Shown here: positions 27,258-39,159 of the stretch, in pieces
How positions within the stretch are numbered: position 1 is the stretch's first letter
Layout: the number at the start of each line of letters is the position of its first letter
From: Lingula anatina
Taxonomy: Eukaryota; Animalia; Brachiopoda
Direction of reading: 5' to 3'
DNA: 64,000 bases
Assembly: GCA_051362555.1 (NCBI GenBank)
Contig: CM120646.1
Span: 18,290,001-18,354,000 of the forward strand
Translations under genes and position numbers: made by a program
Notes under the pieces: model-generated
Database searches by the model: none
What the model saw: only the letters and a program-made list of their open reading frames with translations
Told to the model about the DNA's origin: nothing

Positions 27258-28197
27258 ATACTCCACATCTACACATTTTGGGAACTATGCTTATGTCAAT
27301 CAACTGTTTTGAATCATTGACATCAAGTACAATGCACATAAACAAATTTGGTGTCACTTGTCTCCATACCCCCCTAAATACACCTATTGTAAGTGAGTCA
27401 CACCAGCCTAAAATCTTGGAATTACATCAAGTCCTGTTATAATAATTAACACCTCATCAAACCCTCTTTACCTGTGACACAATGATGGATTGCTATTGTT
27501 GGCAGGTATTTGCTATGGTTACTGTTATAATAGCCTTATTATGCAACCGAAGATAATTTGGTTACATGGTTACGTTTGGAAAGATTGAAGGAAGAAATGA
27601 GAGAGAGAAACAGAGAATAGGATGGAATTTTATAAGCAATAGGTAGACAATTTTTCCACAGAAGAAAGCGCAAGAGCCTCAAAATATCGGTAAAAGTTCA
27701 TGATAACAACTGAAACACTGGAAAATGTTCACCAAAAGTTCTGCCTGAAAATGTAGACATCATATCTATCAGCATGCAACTCATCCATCTCTTACTTTTT
27801 TTTATCCTTGTCCAAATAAAAATGTAAACAATTTCCAAAATATATTCATCACACAGACACCTCTGCCTGAGCCAAGGCTATCTTTTACAGCGGTCCACTT
27901 TGAAGCTCTTTGATGGGCTGTCAGTTTGATTGACAGCTCAAGATGTCAGGTCAGATGCTAAATTGAAATGGCGCAGTTAATAACTGTTGATGGAATTTTA
28001 GCATTTGATGTGAAGGCCGATCAAAAGATGGGTTTTCCATCTTTTCTGGGTGGTGGGGCTACAGACAGGGATGTTCCTGGTAACTCCCGACATGATTTTC
28101 CGGAATGTGAGTCTTTAAAGTTTGATTCTTTTTCCAGCCATGCCGGCAAAAGGCAAACAGATAGACTGTCATGGAGTGCTTTTTGTTATCTGAGCTA

Positions 28198-28373
28198 AGG
28201 CCTGTGGCAAACATTTTCAAAAGAAACGGGAGGGTTCCTTTTTGGAAAAAAAATCTTTTGTACAATGAGAAATGATACAGAGACTGGATCAAAAATATGA
28301 TCTAGAGTAGACCAATTCTGAGCCCAAAGGACAATTTCTTCAGAGCACCTACTCCCACCCCCTGAAGGCCCTT
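28198..28373 (+). mobile_element. decayed MITE, family C copy 3
   Basis: Starts AGGCCTGTGGC; contains GATCAAAAATATGATCTAGAGTAGACC...AAAGGACAATTTCTT, similar to copies 1 and 2. Confidence 0.5.
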
Positions 28374-28551
28374 GCATAGTAATAGGCAAAAAAGGGGGGT
28401 TTTGAAGGGGATGGTTGAAAGGTTAAGCGTGGAAAACAGACAACTATGGTTGAATGGTTTATAATAGTAATATGGACTTTTACAAAACAGGTCTACAGCT
28501 GATTTATTTTTTCCCCATGGGTTAAAATGGACTACATCTTTTCTGTCTTAA

Positions 28552-28888
28552 AGGGATAATAACTCTTCGTATGAGATCTATATTTCACAATAAAAACCTT
28601 GTGAATAACTCATAGAAATATAATATATTCTGTTTTACCACAAAAACAGCAGTTATAGCTTTTATTCTGATATTTGAACTTGTCTTTAGACCACGTGACC
28701 TCCACTGATGTCTATACTCTGTTAAAATCTCTTAAGAGATTTTAACAAAAAACCAAACTTTTTAGAAAAAAACCAGGGACTAACTTTGAATGTAAAAATG
28801 GATTCATTAACCATTGGTAAGTATGGGAAAATTGTTGTTTACTCCAGGAAAATTCATTTTTTGGCCGAAACGAAGAGTTATTATTGCT
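28552..28888. mobile_element. Kolobok-like non-autonomous DNA transposon (337 bp)
   Basis: TTAA on both flanks (28548-51, 28889-92); TIR AGGGATAATAACTCTTCGT versus right reverse complement AGCAATAATAACTCTTCGT (17/19). RR..YY termini with TTAA TSD are the Kolobok signature. Confidence 0.75.
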
Positions 28889-29426
28889 TTAAACTTCAGA
28901 CCACCCCGTTTATCAGCAGATGGCACTTGATGACAAAGGGTGTGACAAGTTTCACACCACTGCATCTGATACCTACCGCCAAATACCGAATGACCCAAGT
29001 TTTTTTTTCATCAAACAGAGGAGTTTGTCAACAGTTTTGTTGCTGGCCTCTCCTCACACCTTCCCTTGAGTGGATATGAATAAGAGCGGAAGGTGGAGGA
29101 AAGAAAACAGTTATCTGTCTAAATAAACATATACATTACACAGCTGGTAGTTGTCTGGGTGAGAACTGGGAAACAGTAGATGAATGATAGAAATGTGTGT
29201 AACTTTGGGCATGTTGATGAGAAATCCTTTTTTTCTTCCATTTTAATGTGGTTTCAACATGTGCTGATTTATCATTCTCATTGATTTCCCTTGTTCATCC
29301 ATGCTACTTCAATACTATTCCATGACTCTCTCCTTTGTGCATCTTTCACCTTGTTTATTCTAACAAAATCAATTATGGATCTTAATTTTAGAAAAAATAT
29401 TAATCAGTCAGTTTTCGTGACATGGA

Positions 29427-29427
<1 letters not shown>

Positions 29428-29469
<42 letters not shown>
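29428..29469. repeat. (GT)n microsatellite
   Basis: Direct reading. Confidence 0.98.
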
Positions 29470-29473
<4 letters not shown>

Positions 29474-31052
29474 TTGAGAGCCCCAGTCTGAAGCTTAAAA
29501 TTGTAACCAGCTTGTCACAAGTCCGAAAACAATTGAACTCATCAGAAGACATACTGTACTGAAATAGATGATGAAAAAAATTGTGTAACAGTGACTAAAA
29601 TTTTCAGCCATCAAACACAATTGTCAAAAATATTTTTACAAGTCTGGTACCATATCTGTTAGATGGTTATTACATGTAACTCGAATAATGACTGCAGTCC
29701 CCCTTTAATCTCCAGTCAAGCTGGCAATTTCAACTGCGGTTAACTTCACTAATGCTAATGTGAATGGCCCTTATCTACCACTGTGTGTATGTGCGTGTGT
29801 ATGTGCATGTGTGTGTGTGAGTGTACATGATCCTGTGCATGCTTCTACATACTTGTATCCTTATCAATCTGCCTGTAGCGTAACTTTTCCCTTGCAACAG
29901 GGCTGATTACAATTCAGCTTTTTCCTAGCCTGTTGCAAAATACAGTTTTAACTCTTTTTATCCTTGAGGCAGTTTTGTCTCTCTATCTTCCCCTCTCCCA
30001 GTAGTCAAATATCTAGCAGGTGGACTGTAGCCTTCTGTGAGGAGATGGTCACCAGTGATAACCCTCTCTACCACGGATCACTTGACTGACAAGAAAAATA
30101 TCCAATCACTAGTGGAAATGCCAAACCTCTTGCCTTGGGAACTACAGTATCTGGTGTAATTTTTTTGTAGGTTAGAAGTTAAGTAAAGGATAGAAGAGTG
30201 GAAATGGTTAAGTAAATAAGATATAATATAAAATGAAAACAAAAAACAAAAAACAAATGGAGAGTAGAAAAAATTCCTTGTACATTGTAGACATGCATAA
30301 TCAAAGATGTGCTTACAGTTAAATAAAAAATTCCAAAAAATTATAACATATTATAGTGGGATTAAAAAAAAAAAAAAAAACAAAAAAAACTGATTACTGG
30401 GATATAAACATAGTTTTAGGTTTCCAATGTGTACCACTTTACCAAAATTTGAACTTATGTCTCATAGGTACATCTTTGTTATAACAACTGTTTATAGACA
30501 GTATACCTGAGGGACTTCATGAATGAAGTTCATGTAAAAACTCATCAAAAATGGCCCAGATACTGCTCCACTGGTTCCAACCAACAACTCATCCAGGGTC
30601 AACCATAATGATGATTTAAAAGACATTAATTCCTGATAAATAGTATGATTACAGCGTATATACAGTAAATGTGTTTTTATCTGTCTCCATATATCTGACG
30701 GCACGCGTCACATGGAGTGTGCTGCTATAGCTTTCAGATTCTCCCGGTGGTGTCGTACTGTGTCATGTAGGCAGAGTGTGTACATAGAGTGCCGTGTGCA
30801 TGCATAATATCTTACATACCATTGTATTATGTTCCAGGGAAGGGGGGGGGGCACAAGGAACTAGAGGATCAGAGAGGCGATACCGCCTCCGAATATTGTA
30901 CCACCAGCTGGAGCAAGCGCATTCGTATAGACCCCCACATACACAAAATAAGGGGTGCAGCCACCAGTCTTGTGCTTGACAAGCTGTAAAAATGCAATCA
31001 ACAAGAATTTTCAAAATATGCAAAAAATATATATAACTAAAAATGGTGCAAT

Positions 31053-32060
31053 CAAAGTTAAGTTCATTGTAAGGTAGGTCAAAGGTCAATTTCAAGGTCA
31101 CAGTAAATTGCCAGTATATGACTTCCTATCCAACTTCAATAGTAACTATGGACCTATCTCTGCCAGTTTTGGAGATAAAAGGGAAGCAAAATTTGCAAAG
31201 TTCAGTTCATGGTGAAAAGTAGGTCAAAGGTCAATTTCAAGGTCACAGTAAGATTGCCAGTATATGACTTCCTATTCAACTTCAATAGTAACTATGGACC
31301 TATCTCTGCCAGTTTTGGAGATAAAAGGGAAGCAAAATTTGCAAAGTTCAGTTCATGGTGAAAAGTAGGTCAAAGGTCAATTTCAAGGTCACATTTAGAT
31401 TGCCAGTATATAACTTCCTATTCAACTTCAATAGTAACTATGGACCTATCTCTGCCAGTTTTGGAGATAAAAGGGAAGCAAAATTTGCAAAGTTCAGTTC
31501 ATGGTGAAAAGAAGGTCAAAGGTCAATTTCAAGGTCACAGTAAAATTGCCAGTATATGACTTCCTATGCAAGTTCAATAGTAACTATGGACCTATCTCTG
31601 CCAGTTTTGGAGATAAAAGGGAAGCAAATTTTGCAAAGTTCAGTTCAAGGTGAAAAGTAGGTCAAAGGTCAATTTCAAGGTCACAGTAAAATTGCCAGTA
31701 TATGACTTCCTATTCAAGTTCAATAGTAACTATGGACCTATCTCTGCCAGTTTTGGAGATAAAAGGGAAGCAAAATTTGCAAAGTTCAGTTCATGGTGAT
31801 AAGTAGGTCAAAGGTCAATTTCAAGGTCACAGTAAGATTGCCAGTATATGACTTCCTATTCAACTTCAATAGTAACTATGGACCTATCTCTGCCAGTTTT
31901 GGAGATAAAAGGGAAGCAAAATTTGCAAAGTTCAGTTCATGGTGAAAAGTAGGTCAAAGGTCAATGTCAAGGTCACAGTAAGATTGCCAGTATATGACTT
32001 CCTATTCAACTTCAATAGTAACTATGGACCTATCTCTGCCAGTTTTGGAGATATAAGGGA
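31053..32060. repeat. 146-bp tandem array, ~6.9 nearly identical copies, inside the HINE
   Basis: G(T/A)AGGTCAAAGGTCA recurs at 31074, 31219, 31365, 31511, 31657, 31803, 31949 (145/146-bp period). Confidence 0.97.
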
Positions 32061-32303
32061 CTAAATGTTATAATTTTGGAGTTACCATAATGTGCCATAA
32101 ATTTCCTACAGAAAAAATTAATTAAAATAAAGAAAAGGTCATTTTGGTCAAAGTTCTTGAAATGGGAGGTTCTCTGAAGTTGCAGAAGTTTAAATTTGAT
32201 AAAATAATGTCATTTTTGACCACAAGTTGTCTGCTTTGCCAAGCATTATGTTTTATTTTTCCGGAGTTCAAAATTTATTATCCATTACCGTACTGCACAT
32301 TTT

Positions 32304-32595
32304 TACAGAAGCCGACTGGTGTCATATGTTGAAAAAAAAAATTATCTCGAAATTTCGAGATAGCATTTTTTTTGTTCAAATTTCAAAATACTATCTCGAA
32401 ATTTCGAGATAAATTTTTTTGCTCAAATATCAAAATGCTATCTCGAAATTTCGAGATAATTTTTTTTTTGTTCAAATTTCAAAATGCTATCTCGAAATTT
32501 CGAGATAAAAATTTTTTTTGTTCAAATTTCAAAATAGTATCTCGAAATTTCGAGATAATTTTTTTTTCTACATATGGCACCAGTCGGCTTCCGTA
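32304..32595. mobile_element. nested MITE with TAC..GTA termini and 6-bp TSD (IS3EU-like)
   Basis: TIR TACAGAAGCCGACTGGTGTCATATGT versus right reverse complement TACGGAAGCCGACTGGTGCCATATGT; CATTTT duplicated at 32298-32303 and 32596-32601; interior has five copies of the palindrome TATCTCGAAATTTCGAGATA at ~48-50-bp spacing. Confidence 0.85.
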
Positions 32596-34165
32596 CATTT
32601 TCCTTTCACCACCAATATGTACTTTCTGATACAGCGTAACTCGAAAACCGTATGGAATACAAAAAAACCGAGACCACCTCCAGTGTTGGGCTTTACATGC
32701 TCTACAAAATGAATGAAAAAGAATGGGTCTCTAGCATTAACGGTTCCCGAATTAGAGACAGTTTTCAGTTTCGGTATCTTATGGCCGCTACTCCTGTGAA
32801 AATGCACCGATTGACCCCAAATTCACGGAGATGAAAGATGACCTGAAGGGTAACACTTTCCAATAATATTATTGGTTAAGTCTGTGTGGCGTCTGAATAA
32901 CAGGGCAAAAAATTTTTTTTTCATAAAAAATTTCATTTTTTTGAAAATTTTGACCCATTTGACCTTGAAGTAAAGGTCAAAGGTCAAATCCGAGGGTATA
33001 TTTGAAATCTACACATATGACTTTTGGAAAGCCGTCTATAGAAATTTTTCCCGTAACTCCTTCTGTAGGGTAGATAATTAGCATTTAATTTTGCCATTTT
33101 TAGACAAGGGTGCATTGCAATGAGTGCCACACCCAGACCCCAATACCGACAAAGCCCAAATTTTACGTGGAACGAGTTGAGATTATAGGTGACCTAAATC
33201 CATGAGATGGGTACGGGGGCCCTTACCGTCTAGGAGGAGAAGCGGTAACGGTAACATGGCGGCGGAGCCGGCGGAACGGACCGGACGGGACCGAAACCAT
33301 GTGTACCGCCAGCGCTAACGCTGGTGGTAAATTTTTTTGTTCAAATTTCAAAATAGTATCTCGAAATTTCGAGATAATTTTTTTTTCTACATATGGCACC
33401 AGTGGGCTTCCGTACATTTTCCTTTCACCACCAATATGTACTTTTTGATACAGCGTAACTCGAAAACCGTATGGAATACAAAAAAACCGAGACCACCTCC
33501 AGTGTTGGGCTTTACATGCTCTACAAAATGCAAAAAAGAATGGGTCTCTAGCATTAACGGTTCCCGAATTAGAGACAGTTTTCAGTTTCGGTATCTTATG
33601 GCCGCTACTCCTGTGAAAATGCACCGATTGACCCCAAATTCACGGAGATGAAAGATGACCTGAAGGGTAACACTTTCCAATAATATTATTGGTTAAGTCT
33701 GTGTGGTGTCTGAATAACAGGGCAAAAAATTTTTTTTTCGTAAAAAATTTCATTTTTTTGAAAATTTTGGCCCATTTGACCTTGAAGTAAAGGTCAAAGG
33801 TCAAATCCGAGGGTATATTTGAAATCTACACATATGACTTTTGGAAAGCCGTCTGTAGAAATTTTTCCCGTAACTCCTTCCGTAGGGTAGATAATTAGCA
33901 TTTAATTTTGCCATTTTTGGACAAGGGTGCATTGCAATGAGTGCCACACCCAGACCCCAATACCGACAAAGCCCAAATTTTACGTGGAACGAGTTGAGAT
34001 TATAGGTGACCTAAATCCATGAGATGGGTATGGGGGGCCTTACCGTCTAGGAGGAGAAGCGGTAACGGTAGCCGTCCGGCGGAGCCGGCGGAGCCGGCGG
34101 AGCCGGCGGAACGATCCGGACGAGACCGAAACCATGTGTACCGCCAGCGCTAACGCTGGTGGTAC
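32510..34165. repeat. ~819-bp tandem duplication (32510-33329 / 33330-34165)
   Basis: Near-identical sequence; near-identical ORF translations offset by 819 bp (32518 vs 33337); scattered substitutions and a different micro-repeat. Confidence 0.97.
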
Positions 34166-34316
34166 AATAAAATTATGTTGATTTAATTCACGCAACATAT
34201 CTACAGGCAAAAGAGGAAAATATTTAGGATGGAACCCTTCTTGCCTTTTTTGGGTCTGCAAATAAGTCTTCGTGTACATGAATGGACAGTACCATCAATC
34301 CATTCTACTGACACTG

Positions 34317-34320
<4 letters not shown>

Positions 34321-34383
<63 letters not shown>
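34321..34383. repeat. (TA)n microsatellite
   Basis: Direct reading; explains the IYIYIY ORFs. Confidence 0.98.
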
Positions 34384-34388
<5 letters not shown>

Positions 34389-34743
34389 CAGTCAAAAGCA
34401 TACACCTAAAGAAAAATAATGTTCAGATGTATAATATGAATCGTTTCCAAACTGAATATTATTTGAATGTAATGAAAACTGTAATGAGAAATGGCAAAAA
34501 ATTTAGGTTGGTCCAACCAAAATTATACAAAATAATGATGTACAAAGTGGGAGGGGATGCAATGCTTTGAATAAATGCAACGGCAACTTTCCATTTTCAG
34601 GAAAGTTTTTTGAAGATGTCAGAAACTGATGCACAACAGCACCTGTATAGCTAAAGACCTCTTTTTTCAATGGATGAAAATCACATTTCCACCGTCAATT
34701 CACAATTTCTTCACCCTCAGGAACACACTGGTGAACAAACACA

Positions 34744-34920
34744 GGATGCATTCAGTTCATTGGACTATCTAGTCCGCGGGCCAAATATGGTGACCGACTA
34801 AAAAGCTTGCCGTCTAATCCGCTTACAGACACTGAATAGATTCCCTGTGGGGACGTATTCAAGTGGGTCGGCCATATTGGACCCATGGACTTGTTATAGT
34901 CTGCTGTTCTGAATGCAGAC
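34744..34920. mobile_element. old fold-back MITE, Harbinger-like family A
   Basis: TGCATTCAG/CTGAATGCA ends; inner arms GACTAT..AGTCCGCGGGCCAAATATGGTGACCGACT / AGTGGGTCGGCCATATTGGACCCATGGACT..ATAGTC. Confidence 0.75.
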
Positions 34921-35279
34921 AGTGCAATGCCATCCTTTTTTATGAATGAGGTTAAAACAAATATTTATCTTTCTGTCCTATTACTCTTGTATTATAGGAA
35001 AAGGAAGTAAGCCTTTCCATCTATCAGTGATGTTATCTGTTCTCATAAAAAGCTATTACAGCTGCTTTGGCTGTTTATCAGATTTCACCTAAGATACACA
35101 TAACAGGGACAGGGCAATCAGAGAGTGACATCCTGCAGTAATGGCCGACTGAGGTTCATCTGACATCGGATGACTTTCTGATAAAAAATAAGAGTAAAAT
35201 GCCTTTTTAGACAGGTCAATCTTCACTGTTGTTAGATATACAATTGTTACGGCATCTTAGGAGAAACTAGAATATTTAA

Positions 35280-35565
35280 GGGGCCATTAAGAATAGATGA
35301 TCCAAGTACTAACTGACCCCTGATTAAATATGGCCAACCACACTTCAAAAGCGCCGCTAAATCCATGATGGCCTCCCTACCTCCATACGTGCCATCGCTG
35401 CAGGGGCCTAGCAATTATACCTCAGACCCAAGATTAAATCAGTTGAATGACACGTGTGGAGGTGAGAAAACCATCAGGAATCAGCGGCATCGCTTCTGAA
35501 GTGTGGCAGGCCATATTTAGTTGGTGGATCAGTTAGTACTTGGATCATCTATTCTGAAGGACCCC
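35280..35565. mobile_element. PIF/Harbinger-type fold-back MITE (286 bp), family A
   Basis: TAA on both flanks (35277-79, 35566-68); GGGG..CCCC ends; perfect 26-bp arm AGAATAGATGATCCAAGTACTAACTG/CAGTTAGTACTTGGATCATCTATTCT; imperfect pairing continues inward for over 100 bp. Confidence 0.9.
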
Positions 35566-36093
35566 TAAGTTGCCTGAAGGATGGATCTAGACAGGTTTCC
35601 AGCAGACGGTTAGAATCTTTTTGCTAGGCGCAAAATAATTCTGAAATGGCCGGCTTCTGACAGTAGTCAGCCAGGCAGAGCTATCCTTGAGAAGTGGTAA
35701 GGATGATAAAAAGATAACATTATAAAAAAGCGATAGGTTCCTTTAAAAAATGTTTCTGAAATATTTTAACTAATTTACATACAAACATAACTCAATATAA
35801 AGATATCTGACAGCTAGCTCTTTCACTGCACAAAATGGCTGCTGATCATTCTAAACTTCATGTATGCCATGTATAAACTTTTTCCCTAACAACTGTTCCA
35901 CATTTGTTTATTCCCAGCATTAGTTATGCTACATTTGACAATCATTGTTAATCAAGTGAACATCTTAAGTTAACAGGGAAAAGTATTAATCTTTATCAGG
36001 ACTATTGCTATCAGGGCTGCTTTGGAAATATGCAAACATGCATGAATTTAGCAATCAAGTAATAACAGTAATCAGTTTCCTGTCAATAACACA

Positions 36094-36343
36094 GACCACA
36101 TTCCCATAAACGCTGTCGATCTACGTAGATTGATCCAACTCTGCTGGGACTTTTGCCAAGTGTAATTATCTTAAGTGAATGACATGCCTCCTTTTGCTTC
36201 CAATATTCTCATATCACCAGCTTTTATGTATTCTACTCAATGCAAAGAGGAGGTGTGTCAATTAATCCGACTGCAGTCAGCAAGAGTCCCCTGCAGAGTT
36301 GGGTGGATTCATATAGACCGATGGTGTCTATGGGAATGCACCC
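36094..36343 (-). mobile_element. fold-back MITE, Harbinger-like family B
   Basis: CATTCCCATA/TATGGGAATG ends, right end GCACCC|TAA; its reverse complement aligns to 42590-42765 including the asymmetric core GCATTGAGTAGAATACA..AAAAGCTGG. Confidence 0.8.
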
Positions 36344-39159
36344 TAAAATCCACTCACCAAAACATTTCGGCATTCAGAACCATCTTTACCAACACCAGTA
36401 GCACTATATTTATTGCCCAGACTCTCCGAGGCGACTCGGAGTAATGAGAACTTTCTAGTAATCTGCCAAAATTCCAGGTTCTGACATCTAAGATTAATAT
36501 TCCAGGTAGAAATATAATGGCCACTACAGCACCATGCAGGTGTTTCCAAGGTAAAGGGATAGCTATTAGCAGCAGAACTGTTTTATAATTTGATTAAGAC
36601 AAGACAGAAAATACTTTTTGCTCTGTTATATGATTACAGTTTAGTCTGTGGAGTAATTGCAGTGTTTTTCAACTATAGAATTCCATGAGGCAAAAGAAGT
36701 AACTGGGTAGCCAGTACTTACAGTGGTCAGGATCACGCTCCACATTGAGTTTGATATCTAACTGAGTGTTCCAACAATATGTGAATATTGTAGTGTATAT
36801 AATGCATTGCTGCAATACCATTCTACCTATAAATGTCAAAAGTAAATCTGGCATTTTTACAACCACGTGTGACCCATGTACTTCTCTCTTTACTCTCCCC
36901 ATCTCTGACTGGTAGTCACTGCATTAACTCCAACACTCTAAAGTTAAAATTAAGTGTATGCTTTTTTATAGCAGAAATATTAGCATAAGTTGTACTCATA
37001 TAGCACAGCTCTAAAATATTAAATGACTATGGTTTTATACTGCAGGGGCATTCAACTTCCAAGAAATATTAAATCTGTTGATTTTATTGCACATTTGTGC
37101 ATGAAAAAAAAACATTATTTTGATTGTTCAAAGCAAATAACTCACAAATGTGATTTTATGATTACTTAGCTGAAAGCAAAAAAAGAATCATCAAAGGTTT
37201 AGCAACTAGATGTAAATAGAGAAAATGTTAGAAAATTATTGCTTTTATCCATCATAAACACGAACAAAAAACGTGCACAGTTCAAGATAGTACAGAGAAG
37301 GCAAGTGAAACTACTACCTCTGAAGAATAAAGAGAGTAATTGTACACACGTAGACACGTTACTTTTTGCTGTAATAAATAATCATAAAAATACTTGCGTA
37401 TAAGTAATTAATTGAGGTGAAAAAGGTCTAGGCTTCACAGATGTTGTTTACATTCACAGAGACAAGACAAATGATGCCATTATTGCTCTCTCTTTACGTA
37501 AAGATAACAAAGTCACTATTTGTCCTTCAAAATGAAGCTAGCACGTAAGCAGTGAAAACAAAAGGGGTCTTCAATCATTTTTTCATGCTTTCACAATGTA
37601 GTAATAAATAAGAGATGATATAAATGCAGAAGTGGTGTGCAGTTGCATACTTACTAGATAATGAATGGCATTTTCAGGTTAGGTAATTTAAAGTACCCAA
37701 GTTAATTCCTGGCATAACAATAATAATAATAAGAAGAAATAAGAAGAGGAAGAAGAAGAAAGGAGAAGAAAAACCTTGCAAAGCTGCATCTGAGCTAGTG
37801 CAGAAGCCCTTTTTCTCTTGTTTTTTTTTCTTTTTTTTAAGCATTATTTAACATCACTCGTGTGTTTGCCTTTATGTTTGGTGTTTAATCTGAATAAATG
37901 TAAAAAGTAAAAACAGCAGCAGTTTTCTATGTGATCTTCATGAAAGCAGGAGTTTGGCAGCCATTCCAACACAGTGTTCACTGCATGCTCTGATACAACA
38001 TGTCCTCCTCCAGCAATGGGTATGATATGGTTTTATAACCTAGTTACATTACTGCTACCATATTCAGTTTGTTTAATAAGAACATATTTACATAAGTGTC
38101 TTCTGAGTTATATGAGCAAATAAAAGACCTGGTGAGAAGTTGGGCAAATCTTCTCCATTTCTGTTCTTTTTCAATATTTCACTATTACTGTTTTTCCCAT
38201 TGTATGATAAATATTTTACCACCACATCTCCAGTAATCAGTGAAGATCATATCTGTTGTATGGCAATTTTTAAAACTAAATTCATTTCAGATATTGATAA
38301 GCATCCATTACGATTTATGATAAGATTAATGATATGAATTCGATATATAACTGATACAGATGGACTGCATATTATTTTCCCCTATATAATCAGCTGCATT
38401 AAAAAAACTGCAAGCAGCAACATTAATATGTGACATAGCCTCTACACCTCTTAACTCTATATTCTATAGTACCTACACCCTATAAAATATTTAAAGTGAA
38501 AAAAATGCTTGCTCTTTTTATGCAACACACTGTCATAAATACTTTATGGATAATACTTCATAGTAATATAGATAATATACCAGGACAATGTCAATGAAAA
38601 TTATCATCCATTTTCTGCATTTCTGTCTACATACCATGATATTTATAAATATGAAATGCTACTGTCTGCACAAACAAAGAGATATGTACACACAGTTTAA
38701 TGAATAATGAAATGGATGAAGCAGCTTGAAATCTACAAGTTCTTCAGATGTTCGCAAACAAGAAAGCGCCTATATAGCCTATACAAATGGTAATTCAAAA
38801 TAGATATACTATATATAATACAAAATGAGGCTCTCTGACTTCACACAGTTAAGGAATGTTTCCTGATATAATATATGTAAACATACCTGTTTCATGATGC
38901 TATTACAGACTTGTTTTCCCACACACACACACGCACACACACACACACCTAGTATGTGTAAAGCATAAGACAGATATTAGTTAAGAATTAATAGAACAGA
39001 CAAAAAGACCAAAGTAGACGGGGTTTTCATCAGAATCAGATCAGACTCCTCATCAAAATGAGGAAAACAAAGAACATAAGCACAACAAGCTAATTTTTTC
39101 TTTTACCTCACCTCACCCAGGTTAAACAGACTTAGTAGATATTTCTTCTGTATACTCAC

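Larger units (their letters stand above)
30859..34170 (-). mobile_element. non-autonomous Helentron-associated element (HINE/DINE-1-like), ~3.3 kb
   Basis: Exact 15-bp subterminal inverted repeats TATTGTACCACCAGC (30894-30908) / GCTGGTGGTACAATA (34155-34169); 13-bp stem hairpin at 34137-34166; adjacent (GGCGGAGCC)n micro-repeat; internal 146-bp array; stem-loop GAGGCG-atac-CGCCTC (30874-30889); minus-strand end ...CTCTAGTT. This is the established DINE-1/HINE layout. No Rep-helicase ORF. Confidence 0.88.

Noticed and set aside
28155-28186. TGTCATGGAGTGCT resembling miR-281-3p
   Set aside because: Diverges after ~11 nt and the surrounding stem is too short for a precursor
32340-32560. Regularly spaced palindromic repeats resembling a CRISPR array
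   Set aside because: Spacers are near-identical rather than unique, the array sits between MITE TIRs, the context is eukaryotic and no cas genes are present
32518-34279. Duplicated ORFs of 60-133 aa in the HINE
   Set aside because: Products of the tandem duplication; frames are broken differently in the two copies and show no Rep, helicase or transposase motifs
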